DNA of 64,000 bases from an uncultured Bacillota bacterium. GTDB taxonomy: Bacteria; Bacillota; DTU025; MWDF01. The stretch's first letter is position 1. Every line of letters begins with the position of its first letter. Below, piece by piece: positions 54,784 through 64,000 of this stretch. The notes under the pieces were generated by a model that was not told the origin of the DNA, searched no databases, and was given only the letters and a program-made list of their open reading frames with translations. A program made the translations under genes and the position numbers. The stretch lies in assembly GCA_963823655.1 (NCBI GenBank), contig CAWGMK010000007.1, forward strand, positions 1-64,000, given 5' to 3'.

Positions 54784-55486
54784 TTGAGGTAGCCTCCCTT
54801 CCCGCACCATTCGATGAGGGATTTGAAGACCCTTATGCCGTCGGTGCCGCCCAAAACGCTTTCCATGACGCGCTCAGGGTGAGGCATAAGCCCTACCACG
54901 TTGCCCTCTTTGTTCGATATGCCGGCTATGTTGTTGATGCTGCCATTGGGGTTTGAGCAGGCAGAAAGCTCTCCGTCGGCCTCGGCGTAGCGGAAGACCA
55001 CCCTTCCGTTGTCCTCGAGCGTTCTTTATCATATCGGCATCGGCGTAGTAGTTGCCCTCTGCATGAGCTATGGGGAAGTCGACTACCTCGCCCTGTGGAA
55101 TAAAGGCTTGTAAAGGGGGTTTTAACGTTTTCGACCCTCAGCTTCTGGGGCCTGCATATGAACTTCAGGCTGCGGTTTCTAAGCGTAACGCCCGGAAGAA
55201 GGCCCAATTCAAGAAGCACCTGGAAGCCGTTGCATATGCCAAGCACCGGACCGCCGTCGTTTGCGAAATCGATCACGGCATCCATTATCGGGGAGAAGCG
55301 GGCGATGGCCCCGCAGCGGAGGTAATCGCCGTGGGCGAATCCGCCGGGCAGCACTATCGCATCGTACCCTTCTACGCTTTTCTCTTTATGCCATATGAAG
55401 CCCGAATCCGCGCCTGTTACCTCAGCCGCCCTCTCGACGTCGCGGTCGCAGTTGGAGCCGGGGAAGACCACTATGCCTATCTTCAT
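54780..55486 (-). CDS. purQ: FGAM synthase glutaminase PurQ, frameshifted
   Basis: [36 protein letters not shown]. Confidence 0.93.
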
Positions 55487-55746
55487 TTCGCCATCTCCTC
55501 GGCCAGGGTGAACTCATATCTTTCCATGACCAGGTTGGCCAGAAGCTTCCTGGTTATCTCGTCCAAGGCAAGCTTTGCCGAAGCCTCATCCGCAGCCTTG
55601 AGCCTGACTTCGATGAACTTTCCAAGGCGCACGTCATCCACTGCCGAGTAGCCCATGCTGTGAAGGCCCGTCCTCACCGCGACGCCCTGCGGGTCCAGTA
55701 TGGAGGGCTTAAGCGTCACAATTACTTTCGCAAGATAGCTCTTCAC
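55483..55746 (-). CDS. purS: FGAM synthase subunit PurS
   Basis: [21 protein letters not shown]. Confidence 0.94.
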   Translation of the reverse strand: MKSYLAKVIVTLKPSILDPQGVAVRTGLHSMGYSAVDDVRLGKFIEVRLKAADEASAKLALDEITRKLLANLVMERYEFTLAEEMAK

Positions 55747-56456
55747 TCTACCGCACCTCCGGATATCCTTCTTAGAACCTCGACATAGGCTTCCTCGACG
55801 CCGCCCAAATCGCGGCGGAAGCGGTCCTTGTCCAGCTTCTCGCGGGTCTGGGAGTCCCAGAAGCGGCAGGTGTCGGGGGAAATCTCGTCAGCGAGGATGA
55901 TCTGGCCTTTGTAGAGCCCGAACTCCAGCTTGAAGTCCACGAGTATGAGGCCTCTGTCCGCCATGAAGGGGCGAAGCAGGTTATTGACTCTAGTCGCCAT
56001 ATCGCGCACCTTGTCGACGGTCGCCTGGTCGGCTATCCCTAGGAGCTTTACGTGGTCGTCGTTTACGAGGGGGTCGTGCAGCTCGTCGTCCTTGTAGTAG
56101 ATCTCGCGGATCGGCTCCTTGATGTCGACGCCCTCGGGGATGCCGAGCCTCTTGGAAAGGCTACCGGCCACCACATTCCTTACGACTACTTCTAGAGGGA
56201 CGATCTTTACGTGCTTTACCAGCATCTCGGTGTCCGATAACAGCTTTACGAAGTGAGTCGGAATGCCATGATGCTCCAAATAGCCGAACATGGCGGCGGA
56301 CATGAGGTTGTTTACCCTGCCCTTGCCGCTTATCGTGCCCTTCTTAAGCCCGTCGAAGGCGGTTGCGCTATCCTTGTAGCTTATGAGGACTTCGTCCGGA
56401 TTCTCGGTTGCGTACACCCTTTTGGCCTTGCCTTCGTACAACAGCTTCCCTTCCAT
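55743..56456 (-). CDS. purC: SAICAR synthetase
   Basis: LYEGKAK, VDFKLEFG, ADEISPDTCRFWD, DKDRFR. Confidence 0.96.
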   Translation of the reverse strand: MEGKLLYEGKAKRVYATENPDEVLISYKDSATAFDGLKKGTISGKGRVNNLMSAAMFGYLEHHGIPTHFVKLLSDTEMLVKHVKIVPLEVVVRNVVAGSLSKRLGIPEGVDIKEPIREIYYKDDELHDPLVNDDHVKLLGIADQATVDKVRDMATRVNNLLRPFMADRGLILVDFKLEFGLYKGQIILADEISPDTCRFWDSQTREKLDKDRFRRDLGGVEEAYVEVLRRISGGAVE

Positions 56457-56514
56457 ATCAAAAACCTCCATATCATTGTTATTACAAAGGTGAATTCGCT
56501 TATTCAAAGTTCTC

Positions 56515-57018
56515 TTATTTTCCCTTGACCCTTACTTCCTCATCGGCCTCGATCGCCCTGGCCTTGATGTTCTCCTTGTAATCACGAAGGATTATTTCCA
56601 ATGTCTTGTCGGATAATGCCAGTATCTGGGCTGCGAGTATGGCGGCATTTGCAGCGCCTCCGATGGCCACTGTCGCCACCGGCACGCCGGACGGCATCTG
56701 CACTGTGGCATATAGCGCGTCTACACCGTTTAGCGCCCCCGATGAAAGGGGTACGCCTATCACAGGAAGCATGGTGTTCGCGGCCATTGCGCCTGCAAGA
56801 TGGGCCGCCGCTCCGGCTCCCGCGATGATTACCTTAATCCCACGGCCTGCGGCGCTCTTCGCGTATTCTGCCGCGATGTCCGGGGTGCGGTGGGCGGATA
56901 TCACTCTGAGCTCGGATTCTATTCCGAACTTGGTTAGCAATCCCGACGTCGCCTTCATGACTTCCAGGTCCGATTTGCTTCCCATTACTATTCCTACTTC
57001 GATTCCGTTGATTGACAT
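56515..57018 (-). CDS. purE: N5-CAIR mutase / AIR carboxylase
   Basis: [32 protein letters not shown]. Confidence 0.95.
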   Translation of the reverse strand: MSINGIEVGIVMGSKSDLEVMKATSGLLTKFGIESELRVISAHRTPDIAAEYAKSAAGRGIKVIIAGAGAAAHLAGAMAANTMLPVIGVPLSSGALNGVDALYATVQMPSGVPVATVAIGGAANAAILAAQILALSDKTLEIILRDYKENIKARAIEADEEVRVKGK

Positions 57019-57032
57019 GGAAACTCCTCCTT

Positions 57033-57190
57033 AAAAAAGCATAAAGCCCCGCGAACAAGGTTACGAAACCTGCCCGCCGGGGCTTTTATCCCTTAGGTGT
57101 AGCCTTGCCCTCTAAAAAGAGGGGGGCCTGCGCCGCTCGGTCCAGGCCCGCTTCGCTTCTGCTTCGCGGCGGAACCCTAGGCGCACTTTC
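57033..57190 (-). ncRNA. ykkC-class riboswitch, PRPP-sensing subtype (2b), with overlapping terminator
   Basis: GAAAGUG..CUAGGGUUCCG..GACCGAGCGG..ACACC..GGGAUAAAAGCCCCGGCGGGCAGGUUUC upstream of purE; the aptamer 3' end overlaps a terminator followed by U-tract. Confidence 0.88.
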
Positions 57191-57425
57191 GTCATATTCT
57201 TTTTTGGGGCGGGCTTAAGCCCCTAAAAACTTTGCGCCGCACGAACCCTTCAAAAGGGCCTGCGGCGCATCCTCGATCATCTATTCAGAGCTGTGGGCAT
57301 GCGACAAGGCAAGCTTACCCGAAAACGCTATCCTTCTCAGCCTACAGTGCCAATTCATAAACCCTACGCGTCCTTTCCCAAACCGGGCCTCGCCGTGCCC
57401 GCTTATTTGAAACGACTACATGAGG

Positions 57426-57454
57426 ATTGTAAGCTAAAACGACGAAATCTTCAA
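57426..57454 (-). promoter_or_regulatory. Candidate sigma-A promoter for pur leader
   Basis: TTGAAG-17 nt-TACAAT on minus strand. Confidence 0.55.
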
Positions 57455-57512
57455 GCCTTCTGCGGCTTCGGCAATACCAGCGCCTTGTGCTGATTACGAC
57501 TATATCGGCAGC

Positions 57513-58423
57513 TTATTTGCCCAATGGGAGCACTGCCAGTATGATATCGAATTTTATCCTGGCCTGGCCCGCGGCCTGGGAAAGGATGATCTCGTCGCCC
57601 TCCACCTTAACGAGTATCCCTGAGAGGGTTGTGCCGTCTTTCAGCACTACTATGACGCCGGCGGTTCCTTGAGCGCCTGCGGCAGGCGATGCTTCGATCT
57701 GGCCCGGTACGGAGGATTTGATCTCCTCTGCGCTGAGTGCGCGGCCGTAGAGCCTGACTTCGCTGATGGCGCCTTTTATGTGCTCCAGCTCGTTGTCGTC
57801 CATGAAGGCTCCTATTGCGAATGTCGACTGCTCGGGATAGGCGATGTCCCCGTAGGCTTGGGTAGATTCCCTGACAAGGGTACCGTCGATATAGAGCTTC
57901 ATGTTGGCACCATCGTAGGTGAAGGCTATGTAGTACCATCTGCCGAGCTCGAAATAGTTGTCCCAGGATATCCAGTCATATCTGGGAGAGCCGCCGTCTC
58001 TTACGGTTGCGATGTAGCCTCCGATGCGCCCGTCCACCACGCCAAGGAAGAAGCCCCTTTCATAGGAGCCGTTGTCCTGCACGTAGTTCAGAATGCCGGT
58101 CCAGGAAGCGACGGGTTTCGATCTTCGCCCAGACCTGCGATAGTGAGCTCCTTAGCCGGCAATGCCGTACCTGATGGTGCCCCTTTGTAAAGTTCGATGC
58201 GGTTGCTGGTGCCGTCGAAGACCATCGCCTTGCCGTAAGGGCCGTCAATGAACTGCTGGGGGCCGTTTATCGCTCCATCCTTGCCGTACAGTGCAGAAAG
58301 CGCAATGCCGTTAATGTATTCCGGCGCAAGGACCCATGCGCCTATCAGGCCTGAAGGGGCAGCATGCGCCGACGAAACGAGAAGCAGGGAAATCAACAGC
58401 GCCATTAGCATCATCTTTTTCAT
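57513..58423 (-). CDS. Secreted LamG/ConA-like domain protein (frameshifts near 58090-58140)
   Basis: Signal peptide; GKAMVFDG, WYYIAFTYDGANMKLYIDG, GAISEVRLYGRALSAEEI. Confidence 0.82.
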
Positions 58424-58699
58424 TAAGCATCCACCTTTTCTCAGTCTTCTTTGGGCGCGGTCTTACTTTTATCGCTTAATCAAATAGGAGGGAGATTACG
58501 TTGATTTCCTATTATTATACCTGCAACAGCGGTCTTTACAAGCCATTCGTCAGATAAGTGCACGTTTGCTGCCCAATACCCTGCAACGACTGGGTTTGTG
58601 AAGCCGGAGGTCATGCGGATGAGACAAGGTGCTTAATGCACTTTGCTATCGCCTGTTTACACTGCTGCTGCGATAATGAAGTAAATATGGCTTTGCGGG

Positions 58700-60721
58700 G
58701 TGAGCAAGATGGATTACGAGGGCATAGTAAGGCTCGATCGGATTCTCGTTATGGCCGGCGTGGCCTTTGCAGCAGTGCTGCTTCTGCTTTTCCAGGGAGG
58801 CGCTGCAAGGGAGATGTTCCTTCCCATATGCATAGCCGTTTCCGTGCTGGCTTTGGTGGCCGAAACAGGGCATCGCTACGACAGAAAAGGGCGCACCTAT
58901 GCAATGCCTTACTTCTCGGTCCCTGCTTTCATGCTCGTCATACTTGCCGCGGCGAGCACCTTCTGGAGCATCGATATCGGAAGGAGCATGGCGGAGCTGC
59001 CTAAGTACTTCCTTTACTTCCTCTCGTTCTGGATCCTATCCCGCATGGTGGATAAGCAAAGAAGGGCAGCATACTTCATATTCCTCCTGGTTGCAGGCGC
59101 CATGATGGCCTATTCGCTGTATGAATACGCCTTTCTAGCCGGCTCCGGGACGGCAGGGCCGACATTCCCGTTTGCATCACCCGAGCCTTTTGTGGCATTC
59201 GCCCTGGTCCTGCTTTCGATGTCGCTCGGCATGCTGATGAGCGTTTGGCTGGATGGGGCTGTATTGAGCGAAGAGGCTGCGGGCGCAACTCATATTGCAG
59301 TTCTTGTCGTATCAGCGGCCACCGCCCTTTTGTCGTCGGCAGCGCTGCTGCTGTCCTCTTCGGCCATGACGCTGCTTCTGGGAACCCTAATACTTGTCGC
59401 AATAGTGCTTGTCCGCGGTCGGAAAGAGTGGCTCAGATCTGCGGCTCTTGTATTGGGCGTAATGCTCATCGGGCTGTTGTTTTCATGGCTGCTCAGCTCA
59501 TATGGATCGAGCGAAGCAAGGACGGTGCCCTTCCTTCCTGCGCTTGAGGGCACGGTTGAAGGTTTCGTTAAGGAGCTCGAATACAGGGCTTATCATTGGG
59601 TAATCGCATTAAAGCTCGGGGCACAGCGTTTCGTTGGGGGCTTCGGACTGGGGACTTTCAAGGAAGCGCTGCCTCTTGCCTATGTACCTGCCGACTTCAG
59701 GCCCGGGCCAAATGCGCAAAGCTTCGCCTTGCAGCTGTTCGCAGAGCTCGGTTTTCTTGGCTTCTCATCGTTTCTGGCTCTGGCGGCATCAGTTGCAGTG
59801 AGCCTTGCAAGAAGGGTGAAGCGCAATGACAAGGATGCCTTGGCTCTGGCAGTGCCATTCGTCGCTGCCCTGATCTCCCTTTTCATCGGGGGAGGATACG
59901 AGGCGCCGGTGTTAGCAATGCTGTTTTTCATGTTCTCGGGAATGGCCTCGGCGGAAAGGCACACTGCAGCAGACGTAAAGGGAAGGAAGGGCCGGATGAG
60001 GCTTATCCCTACCGCAGCCCTGCTTGCGGTGATAGCCGGCTCGATCGTCCTCTGCTCCTTCTCCATGGCGGCGCTTACCGCAAAGCAGGAGGCCGAGCAC
60101 TATATGGACCACGGGGAATATGAAGAGGCGGTAGTCGCGATAGACAAGGCCCTGGACCTGAATTCGTACGACAAGGACCTCTATATGGCCTGGGCAAGGG
60201 CGGAGATGGCGCTGGCCAATGATGGAGTCGAGGGGCACAGCCTTGATGCGGCCCTCAGGTATGCGGAAATTGCAGTAGACCTCTCTCCTTATAGCCCGGA
60301 GGCGCTTGCGATCAGGGGCTCCCTAATTAAGGCAATGGTAGATGACGGCTCGTGGTTGGAGGATTTCAAGCAGGCATCCGCCTTCGCCGCAGACGATGTC
60401 TCAGCCAGCCTTACAGTCGCGGATGAGGGGCTAAGGACGGGTGACTTGGACATGGCGGGAGAGTACATCGACATTGCGAGGCTGAATGAGCCCCTTCTGT
60501 CAACGGGTGCGGATGTGACCACCCTTGAGGGAATAAGCGATCTCTCCAACCTGATAAAAGTCGAAGTGCTTGCCTATGTCCATGCGGTGAAATCAGGGGA
60601 TACAGATGAGGCCGAGATCATACTTGAGGATCTTAAGTTGTTGGAAGAGGAGTACCCCGACATCCACGGATTCATACACGAACTGATTGAAAGATATGGC
60701 GTGGAAGATCCCCTTCACTGA
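58700..60721 (+). CDS. O-antigen ligase-like membrane protein with C-terminal TPR
   Basis: Many TM segments; R..HW..AL..GFGLGTF..NAQSFALQLFAELGFLG; TPR-like helices. Confidence 0.75.
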   Translation: MSKMDYEGIVRLDRILVMAGVAFAAVLLLLFQGGAAREMFLPICIAVSVLALVAETGHRYDRKGRTYAMPYFSVPAFMLVILAAASTFWSIDIGRSMAELPKYFLYFLSFWILSRMVDKQRRAAYFIFLLVAGAMMAYSLYEYAFLAGSGTAGPTFPFASPEPFVAFALVLLSMSLGMLMSVWLDGAVLSEEAAGATHIAVLVVSAATALLSSAALLLSSSAMTLLLGTLILVAIVLVRGRKEWLRSAALVLGVMLIGLLFSWLLSSYGSSEARTVPFLPALEGTVEGFVKELEYRAYHWVIALKLGAQRFVGGFGLGTFKEALPLAYVPADFRPGPNAQSFALQLFAELGFLGFSSFLALAASVAVSLARRVKRNDKDALALAVPFVAALISLFIGGGYEAPVLAMLFFMFSGMASAERHTAADVKGRKGRMRLIPTAALLAVIAGSIVLCSFSMAALTAKQEAEHYMDHGEYEEAVVAIDKALDLNSYDKDLYMAWARAEMALANDGVEGHSLDAALRYAEIAVDLSPYSPEALAIRGSLIKAMVDDGSWLEDFKQASAFAADDVSASLTVADEGLRTGDLDMAGEYIDIARLNEPLLSTGADVTTLEGISDLSNLIKVEVLAYVHAVKSGDTDEAEIILEDLKLLEEEYPDIHGFIHELIERYGVEDPLH

Positions 60722-60800
60722 CATTGTGCTTGATGGGGCCTCAATATCCATCGGCAGCCCTTTTCAACAAGCGAATCGGGATTCTCTTGGAGGTGTTATC

Positions 60801-61466
60801 TTGAGTTCAAAGACTAAGCCGGAGGAGAATTTTGCCGACAAAAGCAGACTCGAAGACTTTGACGGCCTTGTAAACAGGCTGTTGTCCGACCCTTCTCAGA
60901 TAAAAGGCCTTTTGGAGGCAATCCCTAAAGACAAAGGAAACCTGAAATACTTGCATGAGAAAGCTATACGGGCGATAAGCGAGAGAAAGCCCGATCCTCT
61001 GCTTCCTCACATGGATCTCATACTGGGCTTGGCTAATTGCGAAAATACGTTCATCCGCTGCGGGGCGATAATTAGCCTATCGAATCTCATTCCAAAGGCT
61101 TCGGCAGGGGCGGCGCTTGAGTCATTCAAGGGCTATATGGCGCTCATGGAATCCGATTCCCTTCTTATTGCGGGCAACGCATCAGGTAACGCATGGAAGA
61201 TAGCGAAAGCCTGGCCCGGATTGGAGCCATGCATAACCAAAAAGCTGCTTTCTATACCATCCAGGACATTCATCCATCAGGGGAAGCCCTCCCCCGAATG
61301 CAGGAATATCATGATAGGGCACGCTTTGGAATGCTTCGCCAAGTATTTCGATTTCGCAACTGACAAGGCAAGCATCATAGATTTCTTCGAAAAGGCAGAG
61401 GCGAATGAAAGGCCTTCAGTGGCGCGGAAGGCACACACCCTTCACAGAAAGCTTCGAAGCTATTGA
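60801..61466 (+). CDS. Hypothetical alpha-helical (HEAT/ARM-like) protein
   Basis: GGAGGT RBS before TTG at 60801; amphipathic helical repeats. Confidence 0.6.
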   Translation: MSSKTKPEENFADKSRLEDFDGLVNRLLSDPSQIKGLLEAIPKDKGNLKYLHEKAIRAISERKPDPLLPHMDLILGLANCENTFIRCGAIISLSNLIPKASAGAALESFKGYMALMESDSLLIAGNASGNAWKIAKAWPGLEPCITKKLLSIPSRTFIHQGKPSPECRNIMIGHALECFAKYFDFATDKASIIDFFEKAEANERPSVARKAHTLHRKLRSY

Positions 61467-61542
61467 GATTCAGAATTTGCAGATGCCCTTGCAATGCATA
61501 GCACAACTAAGGCCGGTCTTATCGTTCTTAGGAACAGAAAGT

Positions 61543-62643
61543 TCACTCATCCCGGCTCCCGGTACGTGTAATTTTCCATATGCTCCGGCCATCTGCAATG
61601 AAAAAGCCATCAGCAATAGGGTAAATCACGGCTGGGCCTCTCAACCCCTCTACTTTTAGAATATCGGTTGTGAGAAGATTGTTATCCAGAACAACTATTC
61701 TGTCTTTTTGAGGAATGAAGTAGCTGCCTTCATAAGATAGCGGTTCTCCAATAACACCATCTTCCAGCACTGCCGAAGCCAATACATATCCATCGAATGG
61801 GCGAAGCAGCTTCAGGCTCTTGGAATCCTTTCCGACGACAAGCACGTGTCCGTCCGCGCCTACAGCCAGAAATTTAGGATTCTCCGTCTTTAACGTCCAG
61901 CTCAAGCCCGCCGTATCAAGGGTGTTCCACATGGCTAACCCTGTTCCTTCGACTACGAACAACGCGCCGTAACCCGGAACCTCTTTCATAATGAGAATAT
62001 CGGCCGGATATAGCTGGAGAAACTGCAGGTCGTTCTTTCCGTCTTCGGTTCTGATCACCTTGGAATATTTTGTTCCTACGGTAAGATTGTCGCTTCCGAA
62101 TTCATAAACTTCGCCCGTAAGAAGAAGCCTTCCATCCCAGAGTATTTCGAGGAGCCGAACCGGCCCCGGTAGCATAAGTCCTCAGAAATCACATTCCTCA
62201 TGAGGATAGTATTCCCAAAGGGAGCTTCCCTCATCGTTGAATGCCTGGATTCCGTAAGAATGCCCTACAGCGGGGCTCCCATCAGGCAGTATAGTAATAG
62301 CCACAATCTCCTCATTGGCTTCAGATTCCCACGCCTCCCTACCGTCGGCGTCGAACTTTGCCAGTATAGTCCCATATGCTATGAATAGAGATCCTTCTTG
62401 TCCAAAGGCCATGGCCTTTATATTGGATGGCAAGACGGTTTCAATAACCTTTTCCGCGGACGAATCGAATATCATCAGCTTCCTCTTATGCGACACCGCG
62501 AAGCCGCCATCCTGCGAAGCCGCAAACATGTCGTGGCTATTCTGCCCGATATGGGTGATTTCGTAATCTGAAGCAGCCGCATTCAATGGAAATGAGGCTA
62601 TTGCCAATAATACGGCAACAAAAATGAAGATCGCTCTCTTCAC
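61543..62643 (-). CDS. Secreted beta-propeller-like protein, putative selenoprotein (in-frame TGA at 62182-62184, C151-x-x-U154)
   Basis: ORFs 62182-62748 and 61543-62175 share a frame and are separated by a single TGA: HEECDF-TGA-GLMLPGP; SECIS-like hairpin follows; GTG start with GAGGTG RBS and signal peptide. Confidence 0.7.
62151..62167 (-). promoter_or_regulatory. Candidate bacterial SECIS element
   Basis: GGGGCCG-GUU-CGGCUCC stem-loop starting 14 nt after the UGA, with G first in the loop. Confidence 0.6.
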
Positions 62644-62988
62644 AATATCATCACCTCTTTGAGACAAGCTTGGGAGCCTATTCGCTTCTCTTGCCAAAGT
62701 GAACGCCTTGTGCGTAGTCCATGGTCTCATTCTATATCTTTTGAACAAATGTACAATTATCTATACAAAGCTTTCTATGTTTCGGCTATATTTCATTTTA
62801 GGCCATCTAGCTGGAGCTAAGCTATTACAGTTTATCTCTGTAAATCCAGCATATGCATATACCATTTTCTTGTGCTGTTCAGCGTCAGAATATTCATTTC
62901 TTTGTATAAAGAAGGACGGGGTATTATCACATAGAAAGCTATTAATCGGTCAAGCTAATTGACCCATTTTAAGGAGGGGAAGCGACAC

Positions 62989-64000
62989 ATGAAGAGGATT
63001 TTGACAGTCTCGTTGTTTGTTCTGTTAGTTCTGGCAGCCTCAGTAACCGCTGCCAGCATCCCCGCCCAACCCAGCTGGTGGACCGGTCATAATGCAGCGT
63101 TGAAAGACTTGTATGTACAGCCCGGCTATCCGCCATATGAAGAGCATGCCCGCTATATCGGCGATCTCAAGGGAACCTGGTTTGAGATGGGCGTGCAGTA
63201 CGGTGAAAGGGCCGGAGACCTCATCCGCCTTGTTTTCGAAGGCTATTATGATCAGATCTTCGCCTCCGTTAAGGACCAGGCGAGGATCATCAATGACTGC
63301 AGAGGCTTCGGAAAGTATTTGTCGCAGCTTGTACCTGAAGCTGTCGAGTTCATGCAGGGCATAGCAAAGGGCGCGTCGCCTGAGCTGGCGAAATCCCTTT
63401 ATGCCTCAATTGGAGACGATTACGACAAGATACTCATCATCAACCACTACTTCGCAGCCCGCAGAGTCTCCGGAACCCAGCATAAATGGGCCGGAACCGT
63501 AATGGATGGAGCCCCTATCCAGATAGCCGAAACCGAGGAAGATTATCCTGCTTGCAGCGGAGTAGTCGTAATCGGCAAGCTGGATGGACCTACCAAGGAC
63601 AGGACTACCATCCACGGCGGCACAAGGGACCAGGTGTTCTTCCCTCAGCTTTATGAGGTGACCTATACGCTGAGCCCTTCCGATCCTAACGCCAACCGCA
63701 TCTGGACGATTGCGTCCGCAGGCGAAATCGGCGGTCAGATGGTCGGTAACGACAAGGGCGTAATAATCACCGGTTATGCAGGAGGAACTGCTAAGGGCCT
63801 ATGGGCATACGGAATCGAGTGGAACATAGGCGACTGGTATGGTGCCTGCTTCGCCGATACAGCCCAGGAAGCAGCCGACATATTGACCAAAGGCCGCCCG
63901 GGCTTCATCGAGAAGACCGGTTCTAAGATGGTTCAGCCCGCATGGGGCATCAACTGGCTGATATCCGACCTTAAGGATGCCAAGGTTGTAGAGACTAACC
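62989..64000 (+). CDS. Secreted C45-family (Ntn-hydrolase) peptidase/acyltransferase, runs off window
   Basis: AAGGAGG RBS; signal peptide; G..FEMGVQYG, EFMQGIAKG, PA-CSG candidate nucleophile, HGGTRD, GNDKGV. Confidence 0.72.
   Translation, partial: MKRILTVSLFVLLVLAASVTAASIPAQPSWWTGHNAALKDLYVQPGYPPYEEHARYIGDLKGTWFEMGVQYGERAGDLIRLVFEGYYDQIFASVKDQARIINDCRGFGKYLSQLVPEAVEFMQGIAKGASPELAKSLYASIGDDYDKILIINHYFAARRVSGTQHKWAGTVMDGAPIQIAETEEDYPACSGVVVIGKLDGPTKDRTTIHGGTRDQVFFPQLYEVTYTLSPSDPNANRIWTIASAGEIGGQMVGNDKGVIITGYAGGTAKGLWAYGIEWNIGDWYGACFADTAQEAADILTKGRPGFIEKTGSKMVQPAWGINWLISDLKDAKVVETN

Noticed and set aside
54166-55486. Programmed frameshifting in purL/purQ
   Set aside because: No convincing slippery sites, and the same kind of break occurs in many unrelated genes.
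46228-57018. Absence of purK and purB as a novelty
   Set aside because: purK is commonly absent in anaerobes from CO2-rich habitats, and purB is often encoded elsewhere.
57191-57425. Tandem guanine or ZTP riboswitch
   Set aside because: Conserved UAUAAU..UUUCUACC (purine) and GACUGGCG..GCCUGGG (ZTP) cores are absent.
58060-58140. Selenocysteine read-through at the TGA ending ORF 58088-58423
   Set aside because: The downstream ORF is in a different frame; the break is explained by frameshifts.

Overview
Chromosomal window, most likely from an anaerobic Bacillota-like bacterium (inferred from split purS/purQ/purL, hisZ with a short hisG, YerC, two tungsten-type AORs and GGAGG RBSs). 1-21.4 kb is a catabolic region: PucR and FadR regulators, two paralogous aldehyde:ferredoxin oxidoreductases, two Liv-type ABC transporters, GarR, an Fe-ADH, a LarA-family racemase and two 2-hydroxyacid dehydrogenases. 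21.4-28.4 kb is an AT-richer accessory segment with a secreted Cys/His-repeat protein and an integrase-less ~2.7-kb cassette bounded by repeats containing tRNA-Leu-like 3' fragments. 28.5-32.5 kb holds a heliorhodopsin at the end of an amidohydrolase/aldolase/dipeptidase run. 32.6-40.4 kb is the his operon with an apparent HisD-HisC fusion and a HisR-type operator. 40.6-46.1 kb is a toxin-antitoxin/Fic islet. 46.2-57.4 kb is the pur operon with an apparent PurF-PurM fusion, a 37-aa small ORF and a PRPP-type (ykkC-2b) riboswitch. 57.5-64 kb encodes envelope/secreted proteins. The most notable candidate is a secreted beta-propeller-like gene (61543-62643, minus) interrupted by one in-frame TGA in a CxxU motif and followed by a SECIS-like hairpin, i.e. 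a putative unusual selenoprotein. About 20 frameshifts, including in purL, purQ and hisA, look like sequencing errors rather than real pseudogenes. All family calls come from motif recognition, not database searches.
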